From a virus: a stretch of DNA of 64,000 nucleotides. Below are positions 38,413 through 47,442 of this stretch, in pieces. Every line of letters starts with the position of its first letter. Position 1 is the first letter of the stretch. The translations under genes were made by a program, and so were the position numbers. The notes under the pieces were generated by a model. That model was given only the letters and a program-made list of their open reading frames with translations, ran no database searches and had not been told where the DNA came from. The stretch is from the IMG/VR virus record IMGVR_UViG_3300031857_015401, positions 1 to 64,000 of that record; one strand, 5' to 3'.

Positions 38413-38745
38413 ATGGCAATTTTTAAAAGTGTACCATCAAAAAGAATTATAAACGGTAATGTTATTGAAACATCTGAGTCAGCAATTGTTACAAATTCTT
38501 TTTATAAAACAAACGGAGAATATGCAATTGTTGTTAAAGGTATTGAAAAATGTGAAGTATTTTTAGATAGTAATACTACTGACCATGTTGTAATAAAATC
38601 GTTGACAGAAGTTATTGTTAAATCAGAAGAATTAATAGACGAAGAATTTAATGAAGTTGAACTAACTAAAGGTTCTTGTGTTGAGTTTAAAAAAATAGGA
38701 TCCTTTTGGTATATACTATCTTCAGATGGGTTAAAGGGATCTTAG
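38413..38745 (+). CDS. Hypothetical beta-rich protein
   Basis: 110-aa ORF following the neck gene and converging on the polymerase. Confidence 0.65.
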   Translation: MAIFKSVPSKRIINGNVIETSESAIVTNSFYKTNGEYAIVVKGIEKCEVFLDSNTTDHVVIKSLTEVIVKSEELIDEEFNEVELTKGSCVEFKKIGSFWYILSSDGLKGS

Positions 38746-41642
38746 TCAAAAACTAAAGACATTAGATCCCCATCTTCATCGAATTCATAAATATCATCAT
38801 CATCTACTTCATTTTTTAACTTACTTTCTAACATAATTCTTCTATTGTTTTCAACTCTTTCACTATCCACTAAATTAATTGTGTCATCAATATACATGTA
38901 GTAAGGGTCAATTCCAACACTTTTCCAAAACGTAACCTCCATATCAGAAAGGGTTAATACCTCATCTAACTTATCTTGGTCTTTTTCTTTCATAGGAAAC
39001 CCTCTACCTAATGTTGTTTGTGATTTTGTAAATATTGGCATATCTTTAGGGTCTTCAATTAAAATGTCTTTTCTAATTTCAGGACTATATACAACAAGTA
39101 ACGGTTCAATTCTTTTATTAAATGCCGCCAAATATCTTGGTACATTATACTCACCTAATAAATCAGGATTTAATTCTATTTCTTTTTCATCGATTAAATA
39201 ACAATTTAAAATAACTTCACTTTTTGATAACATTTCAAGTGGCACTGCACCATAACCATCCATGTAGTCTTGTATTTGTTTTTTAGTCATCTTGGTTGTT
39301 TTCTTTTGAACGTCTCCATGTGATTTTTTTTCACCGTTATTAACGTAATAGATTGTATCACCTAAACCAGGATTTTTACCTGCATTCATTAGAAGTTCCA
39401 TATGTGCTTGACGTGACATTAAACTACCTGCTTTTGTTGTTTTTGTAATATGAACTTTATAATCTTCTATTGATTGTTTAACACGGGCCTTATTCGCAAT
39501 CTTTGCTAATGGAATTTGTTTATTAAATATTTTATCTACATACTCATAGTAAAAATCTAAAAACTCAGCACCCTTACCATCAAGTAACATTCTTAGTCCT
39601 TTATCTAAAAATTCTGCCACATATGTTTGAAGTTTTTTAGATTTAATTGTATTACCTGTTAATTTAACTTTACCCTTATCTGTTAAAAGTGCGTAGTTTT
39701 TACGAGCCACGTTAATGGTTGCTGGCCATACACCATCAATATCAAGACCCATTTCATTTCTCATAAATAAATCATTGTATTCTGCAACATCGGCTTCTGC
39801 TCCCGTATAAACTTTTCCTTCCTCAACTAAACCATTAAGACCCTTACCTACATAAGTGTAATTATCTCTATCTTCAGGAGTTTCAAAGTTTACACCATCC
39901 GTATCCATTACAAGTGGCGTATACCCTTTACTCATGAAGTACATAATCATCTGTCGTAAATACTGCCTTCCGGTACACGTAATCTGTTCTCCCATGTCCA
40001 TATCACCCCAAGGGAAGACGTGGGGTGCTGATAATGATCCAAAGAAGGCATTGATAAAGATTTTGATTGGTAATTGTTTCCTGTCGTATGAGACAGAAAG
40101 TTTCGGATCCGTTTTTTTAAATTCACTTGCTAAATTTTTATATTTTATACGGGTATCTCTAAAGTATTTTAACATACTTTTCATTGCTCCCGTTACATCA
40201 CATTTAGGAAATACGTCATGAACCAACTGTATAGATGGATAAAGAGAAGAGTAGTCAAGTTTTAATACCTTTCTTGAATATCCTACTTGAAGTAATCTTG
40301 ATAGTCCTCCTGTAAATTTTCTTTTTGGTAGCTTTTTAGGAATTGCTAAATTATGTTTATATGACCACGCACACATAATCATCTTCCATAAGGTAGCCGT
40401 ACCCATAGTTGAAAGTCTTTCATATGTTGTTGGTACAAGTTTAGAAAGTAAAAAGTTTGCTTGGTTAAACTGCTCGTCAACAACCATTGTTTCGTAAAGG
40501 TCATCATCAAGGTAATCCTCAATTATTTTTGAACCTGTAATTTTTTTATATACATCGTCTCTTCTTGAACATATTTCATCTATTTTAGAATCAAGTCCTA
40601 CTTTTTTGTAGTTACCATTTTCTTTATTCATCCAATATTCCTCATTGTCAAAATAAATTTTACCAATTTTATCCCCTTCTACGTATACACGATTTTCTTT
40701 TTCCGCTTCAATAAACTTGGTAATGTACTTCAAAGACCAACTCTTAATGTCAGAGTTAATTGCTTGTGCTCTACGAACTGCATGGGCAATATCAATAATA
40801 TTATAACCCCACATTTGTGTTTGAACGTAAGGTTCCATTTCATTTGCTAACTTTAAAATTCCGTCTTTTTGTTTTAATGAATAATCGGGGTTTAAAGTTT
40901 TTGCAATTTTTTTAATGTTTAATTTTAAAATCTCTGCACGTTTTAAAATAAAAGGAAAGTCAAAGAATGCTGAGTTGTATCCACCAACAAGAGAAGGTTT
41001 TAGTTTATCTATTGTTTCAAAAAACTCAATAATCATTTGTCTTTCTTCCTCTTCATTCTGAGCCGACAATAATTTTAAAAAACCACGATTGTCTTTCATA
41101 CCAATCAAGAATATTTTACTTGTCTTGGGATCTAAACCTGTGGTCTCGATATCGAATACAAACCTGTGTATTTCATCATATTCGTCAAACCCTTTAAATA
41201 GTCTTTTACTTTTTTGAATTAAGTATTGTTCAACAGGTGAGAGAATTGTAATTGCGTCTGAATTATCTCTACCCCATGGATCAAGACCGCCACCTTTAAA
41301 AAAGTTTACAAGGTTTGAATATGATTTTGTTGTTTTAACCAAGAACGTTAATCCGTTCTTTAATCTTTCGTCGCCGTGATCTTCTAATTTTTCTATGATA
41401 ATACCGTTTTCGGACATTGCCTTTTTTTGTAGGTCTTTGTTACCTTTGTAAAAGTTTTTACTTCTAAGGTCACCAACCCATGCGAACGGAATAAATGTGT
41501 CCATTCTCAAAAGTTTTCCTTTGATTGGGTCTTGTATTACTTTAAATATTTTATCTGATTTGTAATCGTATTCTAACGCTACGATATATTTTTCTTCGTC
41601 TTCGCCATGTAAAAAGCGTTCAATTTCTTCTTGTGGAACCAT
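38742..41642 (-). CDS. Family B DNA polymerase with 3'-5' exonuclease domain
   Basis: Exo I DIETTG, Exo II YNSAFFD, motif A DYSSLYPS, motif B KIFINAFFG, motif C DTDG, KNYA. Confidence 0.93.
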   Translation of the reverse strand: MVPQEEIERFLHGEDEEKYIVALEYDYKSDKIFKVIQDPIKGKLLRMDTFIPFAWVGDLRSKNFYKGNKDLQKKAMSENGIIIEKLEDHGDERLKNGLTFLVKTTKSYSNLVNFFKGGGLDPWGRDNSDAITILSPVEQYLIQKSKRLFKGFDEYDEIHRFVFDIETTGLDPKTSKIFLIGMKDNRGFLKLLSAQNEEEERQMIIEFFETIDKLKPSLVGGYNSAFFDFPFILKRAEILKLNIKKIAKTLNPDYSLKQKDGILKLANEMEPYVQTQMWGYNIIDIAHAVRRAQAINSDIKSWSLKYITKFIEAEKENRVYVEGDKIGKIYFDNEEYWMNKENGNYKKVGLDSKIDEICSRRDDVYKKITGSKIIEDYLDDDLYETMVVDEQFNQANFLLSKLVPTTYERLSTMGTATLWKMIMCAWSYKHNLAIPKKLPKRKFTGGLSRLLQVGYSRKVLKLDYSSLYPSIQLVHDVFPKCDVTGAMKSMLKYFRDTRIKYKNLASEFKKTDPKLSVSYDRKQLPIKIFINAFFGSLSAPHVFPWGDMDMGEQITCTGRQYLRQMIMYFMSKGYTPLVMDTDGVNFETPEDRDNYTYVGKGLNGLVEEGKVYTGAEADVAEYNDLFMRNEMGLDIDGVWPATINVARKNYALLTDKGKVKLTGNTIKSKKLQTYVAEFLDKGLRMLLDGKGAEFLDFYYEYVDKIFNKQIPLAKIANKARVKQSIEDYKVHITKTTKAGSLMSRQAHMELLMNAGKNPGLGDTIYYVNNGEKKSHGDVQKKTTKMTKKQIQDYMDGYGAVPLEMLSKSEVILNCYLIDEKEIELNPDLLGEYNVPRYLAAFNKRIEPLLVVYSPEIRKDILIEDPKDMPIFTKSQTTLGRGFPMKEKDQDKLDEVLTLSDMEVTFWKSVGIDPYYMYIDDTINLVDSERVENNRRIMLESKLKNEVDDDDIYEFDEDGDLMSLVFD

Positions 41643-41704
41643 ATTTGTATTTTTTAAATTTGGGTTATTATACTCACAAAAAATATTGTGATTTCCCTTT
41701 CTTA

Positions 41705-41734
41705 ATAAATACGAAATGGTTGGTCAAATGTCAA
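41705..41734 (-). promoter_or_regulatory. Promoter upstream of the DNA polymerase
   Basis: Minus strand TTGACA-17 nt-TATTTA(T); the -10 position coincides with the phage TATTTAT motif. Confidence 0.55.
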
Positions 41735-42084
41735 ATAATGTTGATGTATAAATTTGAAACTATCGGGGCGATTAATTCTCCATTTTCTAATATAACTGAA
41801 AACTCACCAATATACCTACCTTTTTTATTTGTGTCTTTTTGTGTCCATTTGTAAAAGATGTAATACTCTCTTTCTGAATCGGGGTTTGTTCTATTTTTAT
41901 CTGTTAAATATGCTGGTTTCATAAATATTTTTTGAATTCCGTTGTCTTCACTTTTCATGGAAAAACGAATATTTGCATTATCTAAAATAGAATAAAAATC
42001 TTTCCATGAGTCGGTTCTTCCGTCTCTAATAACATCCATCTTTAAAATGGGTAGTGTTGTATTTTGTTGAATAAAAAATTCCAT
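41731..42084 (-). CDS. BppU-N-like fibre/baseplate attachment domain protein
   Basis: FFIQQNTTLPILKM...IRFSMK...YKWTQKDT..KGRYIGEF pattern; last gene of the fibre cassette. Confidence 0.55.
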   Translation of the reverse strand: MEFFIQQNTTLPILKMDVIRDGRTDSWKDFYSILDNANIRFSMKSEDNGIQKIFMKPAYLTDKNRTNPDSEREYYIFYKWTQKDTNKKGRYIGEFSVILENGELIAPIVSNLYINII

Positions 42085-42098
42085 ATATTATTTAATGT

Positions 42099-42821
42099 TT
42101 ATAAACCATACCACCATTTAACGGCATTAAAATTATATAATATTTCTTCGTCAGTTAATCTTCTATTATATAGATGGACCTCACCTATTGATCCATTTAT
42201 AAATTGTTCCGAACCAAAACAACATGACCCCCAAGCAATAGCCGTCCACCAAACACTATTATCTAAAACAGATAAAGTTCCGGTTGTATGTGGGACTCCA
42301 TTTATATACATTGTTGCGTTATTAGACGGTGAACCTGTCGCACCACTAAATGCTAATGTTACGTATCTCCATTGATTATCTAACAAATTAATTCCTGTTG
42401 ATGTAATTATATTCCCATTCCAACTATAAAAAAGTAAAACGTTATTGTTTGTAAAAATTCCCCAAGCATCTCGTTTAGTAACAATACCCGCAAATCCACT
42501 AGATGATGCGTTGATTTTTACCCAAACACCTACTGTTGCAGTTGTAAGTTGTGTTGATGGGTTGTTTGGTACAACCATTTGTTTACTCGTTGTTTTATTA
42601 AAGTCAATAACACCTTTATTGTAAATTGGGGTGCCCCCGTTATTTGCGGGTGAGGTTTGTTGTGTAGATGTTGCATTATTACCCTCTGGATTTTTTGATA
42701 AATCAAACCAAGTAGTTCCTGTACTAGGAAATGAATTAATGTTTTTAGCATCTAAGTTAAAAACTAAACCTGATTGAGTAATTGAATAATTAAAGGTGTG
42801 TGAATTTACTATAAAACTCAT
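42099..42821 (-). CDS. LamG/concanavalin A-like lectin-domain virion protein
   Basis: GLVFNLDA...SFPSTGTTWFDLS, TVGVWVK, WRYVTL, MYING and IGEVHLYNRRLTDEEILYNFNA. Confidence 0.85.
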   Translation of the reverse strand: MSFIVNSHTFNYSITQSGLVFNLDAKNINSFPSTGTTWFDLSKNPEGNNATSTQQTSPANNGGTPIYNKGVIDFNKTTSKQMVVPNNPSTQLTTATVGVWVKINASSSGFAGIVTKRDAWGIFTNNNVLLFYSWNGNIITSTGINLLDNQWRYVTLAFSGATGSPSNNATMYINGVPHTTGTLSVLDNSVWWTAIAWGSCCFGSEQFINGSIGEVHLYNRRLTDEEILYNFNAVKWWYGL

Positions 42822-42823
42822 AA

Positions 42824-43909
42824 TTAACTTGTTCTATTACCAATTATTGTAACTTTTAAGCCTCTTGCCGTTCCACTACCTGTCTGAGTTATTTTTACAC
42901 TAATTTCGTCGTCATCTACCAAAATTGGTGTCGATATTACGGGTTGTGTTGTACCTAAAGCTTTTGATGTTTTTTGATTATTATCTATGGTTATTAAAGT
43001 AGATAATATTGTTGTTCCCGTATTTAAAATATCAACTGTAAAAGTATTACCACTTGTTTGTGCGGTTGTTAGTGAACCTCTAACCTCAGTAACTAACATG
43101 TTATATGGTATTCTAAAAGTTGTTGTTGTTCCAGTAATTAATGCGGTTATTTCATCAGAACAAGAAACTTGTATAACAACCGGCAAGTTTTGGTAGGTCG
43201 TTGCACTAAATGTGTTGGCAGATAAACCACCTGTAAAATTAGTTGGGTTAGTTACTGTCCCTCCCGAAAAAGAACCTCCTCCACCACCGCTAATACCTGT
43301 CAAATTAGAACCATCACCATAAAACGTTGTTCCACTAATTGTGGTTGCTGAAATAGAACCAGCAACTTCTAAATTTGCCGTTGCTGCAGTTGTACCGATA
43401 CCAATCTTACCATCACTTTGAATTCTCATTCTCTCAACTCCAACGTCAGACCCAAAAGTCAAAGTACCTCCTGTTGTTTCTGTCGATATATCAAAAGTAC
43501 CTCCAGTGTAAAACCAAGACATTTTTGCACCATAAACACTTGATGGTGTGCCAAAATATATTTGTGATGTATTATTATCGGTAGTAAAAAGACCTACATT
43601 ATTATTATTAAAACCTTGTACTATAAAATTAGTAGTAAATGGTAATCCTGATGATGGTATTTGTGATGTACTGTTATTTACTTGTAATTTTGCTTGAGTA
43701 CCTCCTGAAGTTGTTAAATATTCAATTCTACCAATATTAACACTACCACCTGAATTTATAATAAATGGAGTTAAATCAGGATTTGTACTATCTTCAATTA
43801 ATACTGCATTTCCGGTTCCTAATTGACTAATATAAATTGCGTCTGTTGATGTATTAGAACTTATATTCAGTCCTCCACTTATTCCTAAAGAATCATAAAA
43901 ATTTGTCAT
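42824..43909 (-). CDS. Tail fibre-like protein
   Basis: ERMRIQSDGKIGIGTT..ANLEVAG and FYGDGSNLTGI fibre repeats; T/S/G-rich. Confidence 0.72.
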   Translation of the reverse strand: MTNFYDSLGISGGLNISSNTSTDAIYISQLGTGNAVLIEDSTNPDLTPFIINSGGSVNIGRIEYLTTSGGTQAKLQVNNSTSQIPSSGLPFTTNFIVQGFNNNNVGLFTTDNNTSQIYFGTPSSVYGAKMSWFYTGGTFDISTETTGGTLTFGSDVGVERMRIQSDGKIGIGTTAATANLEVAGSISATTISGTTFYGDGSNLTGISGGGGGSFSGGTVTNPTNFTGGLSANTFSATTYQNLPVVIQVSCSDEITALITGTTTTFRIPYNMLVTEVRGSLTTAQTSGNTFTVDILNTGTTILSTLITIDNNQKTSKALGTTQPVISTPILVDDDEISVKITQTGSGTARGLKVTIIGNRTS

Positions 43910-43914
43910 AATAA

Positions 43915-44079
43915 TTAATTTTTAAGTGAATATCCCTCTCTTATATAACCAAAATAATACTCTTCGAGTTCAATTTCATTTTGATTATTATAATAAATAA
44001 TTTTTTGTTTATTGATAGTTCCTTCTACAGGATGATTAATACTATAATTTACAATTTCATATGTACCTAAGTAACCCAT
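43915..44079 (-). CDS. Small hypothetical protein (54 aa) between fibre genes
   Basis: Not in the track. MGYLGTYEIVNYSINHPVEGTINKQKIIYYNNQNEIELEEYYFGYIREGYSLKN*; fills the gap exactly. Confidence 0.65.
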   Translation of the reverse strand: MGYLGTYEIVNYSINHPVEGTINKQKIIYYNNQNEIELEEYYFGYIREGYSLKN

Positions 44080-45441
44080 TTAAAAATCTATTAATACGTT
44101 TATTTGTTGTCTTACTGTTGTTGGGTTTGTTGCATATGCCGGAGTGTCCCATTCAATTTCTAATTTATCACCAGCAACAACAGGTAATGGTGATGTTAAT
44201 GTATAATTAATTAATGAACTTGACGAATCAAAAGTCGCGGCACTTGTTATAATTCTTGTGGTTGATTGTGTTATATTATTTATTGAAAATGTGTTTAATT
44301 CAGAAGATCCTAAAGTACCACCAATTGTTCTTGATATGGACACTTGTGTGATATTACCTGTTTTTTGTGATATTAATCTTCTACCATCACTTGATGACGT
44401 AAGAGGAGCTAAATTAAATTGACCCCCAATAAAATATGAGACACTATCTGAAGGACTTACACTATCATGACCAAAAAGTAATGCTATCGATCCCCTTGGC
44501 GTTGTAGATGTCAAAGAACCTCCAACAACAACAACTTTAACACCATTTAAAGAACTACTTAATGTAATATCAAATGAATTTAGTTGATAGTTACTAATAT
44601 TTCCAAAAATTTGTTGATTAGTATTTGTGTCTATAATTTGCGCTAATACTTCAGTTGTACCAAAATTGTGTGTTATTGAAACAGGGATTCCTGACGTATA
44701 GTTATTTGTTTGACTATAAGTATATCCAGTACTGAATCCTGTAATAGAAAACGTACCTCCCGTATTATTTGTGAATGTTGTGGTTCCTGCTGAATATGTA
44801 CCACCAGTTACTCTGATGTCTGTGGGTAAATTTTGATATGTTGTTGCTGAAATTGTATTTACGTTTAAAGTACCATTTAATATTGCCTGTGATCCATCAA
44901 AAGTAAAATTAGATTCCCCTGTTATCACACCAGAAGTACCAAGAGAGGTTAAAACGTAATTATTAACGTTGTTTAAAATTTGAGCCACTCCGCTAGTTCC
45001 TGATGTTCCATTTATTCCGCTAGTTCCTGATGTTCCATTTATTCCGCTAGTTCCTGATGTTCCATTTATTCCGCTAGTTCCATTTATTCCGCTAGTTCCT
45101 GATGTTCCATTTATTCCGCTAGTTCCTGATGTTCCATTAATACCCGATGTTCCGTCAATCCCTGACATTGGTATAGTTACTGTATTACCATCGTTACGGT
45201 AAAGATATAATATCGATGTTCCCGAAAAAAATGTACCGCCAGTAACAAATGTGTTAGTATCTGCAGCAATATTCACAGATAAAGTACCTCCGGTTGGGTT
45301 AATTAAAGTTAAAGTACTTGAAGAATAAGTAATTCCGCTTACCCCCAAACTTTGTAGATAATACAAATTATTATCCATATCTGCAAATGTAAGTTTTGCA
45401 TTCTTATTATCAGGAGGTAGTATTCTAGTTATTAATGACAT
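44080..45441 (-). CDS. Fibre protein with a Gly-X-Y (collagen-like) segment
   Basis: KLTFADMDNNLYYL N-terminal anchor motif, VTGGT repeats, 20 consecutive Gly-X-Y triplets and an ITHNFGT domain. Confidence 0.75.
   Translation of the reverse strand: MSLITRILPPDNKNAKLTFADMDNNLYYLQSLGVSGITYSSSTLTLINPTGGTLSVNIAADTNTFVTGGTFFSGTSILYLYRNDGNTVTIPMSGIDGTSGINGTSGTSGINGTSGTSGINGTSGINGTSGTSGINGTSGTSGINGTSGTSGVAQILNNVNNYVLTSLGTSGVITGESNFTFDGSQAILNGTLNVNTISATTYQNLPTDIRVTGGTYSAGTTTFTNNTGGTFSITGFSTGYTYSQTNNYTSGIPVSITHNFGTTEVLAQIIDTNTNQQIFGNISNYQLNSFDITLSSSLNGVKVVVVGGSLTSTTPRGSIALLFGHDSVSPSDSVSYFIGGQFNLAPLTSSSDGRRLISQKTGNITQVSISRTIGGTLGSSELNTFSINNITQSTTRIITSAATFDSSSSLINYTLTSPLPVVAGDKLEIEWDTPAYATNPTTVRQQINVLIDF
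44989..45162. repeat. 27-bp tandem repeat (five copies plus one 18-bp deleted copy) encoding GTSGTSGIN
   Basis: Unit TCCGCTAGTTCCTGATGTTCCATTTAT at 44989, 45016, 45043, 45088 and 45115; short unit at 45070. Confidence 0.95.
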
Positions 45442-45462
45442 TTTATTTTATAAATATAAAGT

Positions 45463-47391
45463 TTATTCAAAATAGAAGAAATCCGCATAACCCTCTTCCA
45501 TATAACCGTTAGTTACCGTACAGTTTGGACACCAAAAATCAAATAGATTAAATTTATTTTTTAATATTCTAAAATTATGTTGTACTTGTGGAGAACTTAA
45601 AGGTTCAACGTACATTCTAAATTGTGATATTCCACCCATAAAAGTTCCTCCAAAATTTTGTTCTAATAAAATATTTGTTGAAAGTCCTGATAATGTTGTT
45701 GCGGATAAAATATTATTCGGAAATAATTCAGGGTCTTGTATGTAAGGTCCGTATGGGTTTGAGCAACCAGAAAAAATTAAATGGTCATGCAATCCTTGGG
45801 TTCCTCCACCAAATGAAATATTAAACGGAACACCAACCTGTTTTTCCTTTTCTGTATTTAATTCTCTTGGTATTATCTCTTCAAAATCCTCAATAACTAA
45901 AAACAAATACCCATTAACATAAAGTTTTAACGTTCCCAATCTATAATCTAATTCCTCAAACCATTTTCTATCAAATCTAACTTTATAAACTTTTGGTTCT
46001 TTTGTGTCACCAGGATGTGTATTCGGTGGAGATATCAATTTATAAGATTGTCCATCAATAGACGATTGGTAAGTTTCTAACCTTAAATCATTAAGTCCTC
46101 CTAAATTTAATAAATCACATTCTTCAATAGTTTTATACCTTTCAAAAACAGCACTTATCATTACCCATCTTTCTTCATCTGTGTCATCACATGCTAAATT
46201 ACATATTTCATAAATTGGTGGTGTTACCACTGTTGTTATTGTATATCCTGTTTGAAATGTTACTCCTGTTGTTTCACAAGTTCCTGTTGTAACGCAATCA
46301 CCTGTTATTTTTATATATTTAACAGCTAAACTCGGATTTAATGGACACCCACTAAATTGAAAAGAAAGTGCGTTTGATAGTACATCAAACTTAGGATCTG
46401 TTTCAGGTAAGGGTACTATTTCTGTCGACGCACAACCACAATTACAACCTGTATTATGGACAGTTGTAAAACCACTATTAGGGTAAACGTGAATACAATT
46501 TGCATTTGTAACGCCAGTATCTGAACAAGCACAAGATTCAATACAAGTTAAATCATTTGTAACTCTTGTATACCCTGAATTTGATTCTGGTGTTCCTGTT
46601 GCACTATGGTAATATTTATTTTCTGACCTTGTACCAAAATAAAAGAATGTCCCTGCGTTTGATGGGTAAACATCATTTAAATATTGTTCAGTAGCATAGT
46701 TAGGGTTATATTCTTCAGTTATTCTTGGTTTTAATAACATTTCAACTGACCAACCCTTATTTACTCTTTCAGGAAAAACTTCATAATCATGACCAAATAA
46801 TTTGTAAAACCCTTGATAAAACCCGCCATATAATTCTTGGTAATACCCAACAGTGTCGCCTGTTTTTGATACAATATTATAAAGAGTGTTTTTTGATCTC
46901 CCCGAAAATTTTACATTTGGTGATTTTGCAAAACTTCTAACGGGGTGCATTTTAAATCTACTATCCCTGTAATCAGGTTCAAATTTGTAAGTATTATCTA
47001 TTCCTTTTATATAATATAAAGTTTCACCAGTTATTTGATTAAATAAACCATTGTCTGTAGCAACTAAACCAACATCACAAATACCAGTGTACGCGGTATA
47101 ACAAGAATAATCTAATTTTTTTGGGTTATAATAATTTAATGAAACTAGTGTGTTATCATCATAATAGTCACCAAAATCTATTGTATATTGTTTTGTAGAA
47201 CCTGAATTTGATAAATCAAACCTTATTGGTAACCTATTACCATCATTTACAGCAATAACGTCATCTGAGAACACAACTTCTTCGTCATAATCTCTTTCAT
47301 CTGAAGCCAAAGTAAGGTCAAAATACTGACCATAGTTTAGTTTCATTTTATATCTTGGGTAATAATACGAATTTATGTTCTGACTTGACAT
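45463..47391 (-). CDS. Cys-rich virion protein with a split LamG-like fold
   Basis: GWSVEMLLKP, WVMISAVF, LKLYVNG and FMGGISQFRMYVEPLSSPQVQHNF; 18 Cys. Confidence 0.6.
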   Translation of the reverse strand: MSSQNINSYYYPRYKMKLNYGQYFDLTLASDERDYDEEVVFSDDVIAVNDGNRLPIRFDLSNSGSTKQYTIDFGDYYDDNTLVSLNYYNPKKLDYSCYTAYTGICDVGLVATDNGLFNQITGETLYYIKGIDNTYKFEPDYRDSRFKMHPVRSFAKSPNVKFSGRSKNTLYNIVSKTGDTVGYYQELYGGFYQGFYKLFGHDYEVFPERVNKGWSVEMLLKPRITEEYNPNYATEQYLNDVYPSNAGTFFYFGTRSENKYYHSATGTPESNSGYTRVTNDLTCIESCACSDTGVTNANCIHVYPNSGFTTVHNTGCNCGCASTEIVPLPETDPKFDVLSNALSFQFSGCPLNPSLAVKYIKITGDCVTTGTCETTGVTFQTGYTITTVVTPPIYEICNLACDDTDEERWVMISAVFERYKTIEECDLLNLGGLNDLRLETYQSSIDGQSYKLISPPNTHPGDTKEPKVYKVRFDRKWFEELDYRLGTLKLYVNGYLFLVIEDFEEIIPRELNTEKEKQVGVPFNISFGGGTQGLHDHLIFSGCSNPYGPYIQDPELFPNNILSATTLSGLSTNILLEQNFGGTFMGGISQFRMYVEPLSSPQVQHNFRILKNKFNLFDFWCPNCTVTNGYMEEGYADFFYFE

Positions 47392-47402
47392 TCTTTTTTA
47401 TG

Positions 47403-47428
47403 ATAAATACTTTAATCGCAGTATTTAT
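47403..47428. promoter_or_regulatory. Back-to-back TATTTAT promoter pair for divergent units
   Basis: ATAAATAC-N10-GTATTTAT in a 51-bp gap; each copy lies on the sense strand 11-14 nt before its ATG. Confidence 0.7.
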
Positions 47429-47442
47429 AGGTAAAAGCCTGA

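Noticed and set aside
3939-41642. Inteins, introns or homing endonucleases in RNR, helicase, UvsX or polymerase
   Set aside because: Protein lengths and motif spacing are normal; no intein termini or HNH/LAGLIDADG/GIY-YIG ORFs were seen.
42099-45441. Diversity-generating retroelement or invertase-driven fibre switching
   Set aside because: No reverse transcriptase, recombinase, or long TR/VR or inverted repeat pair was seen; shared blocks are only about 12 aa.
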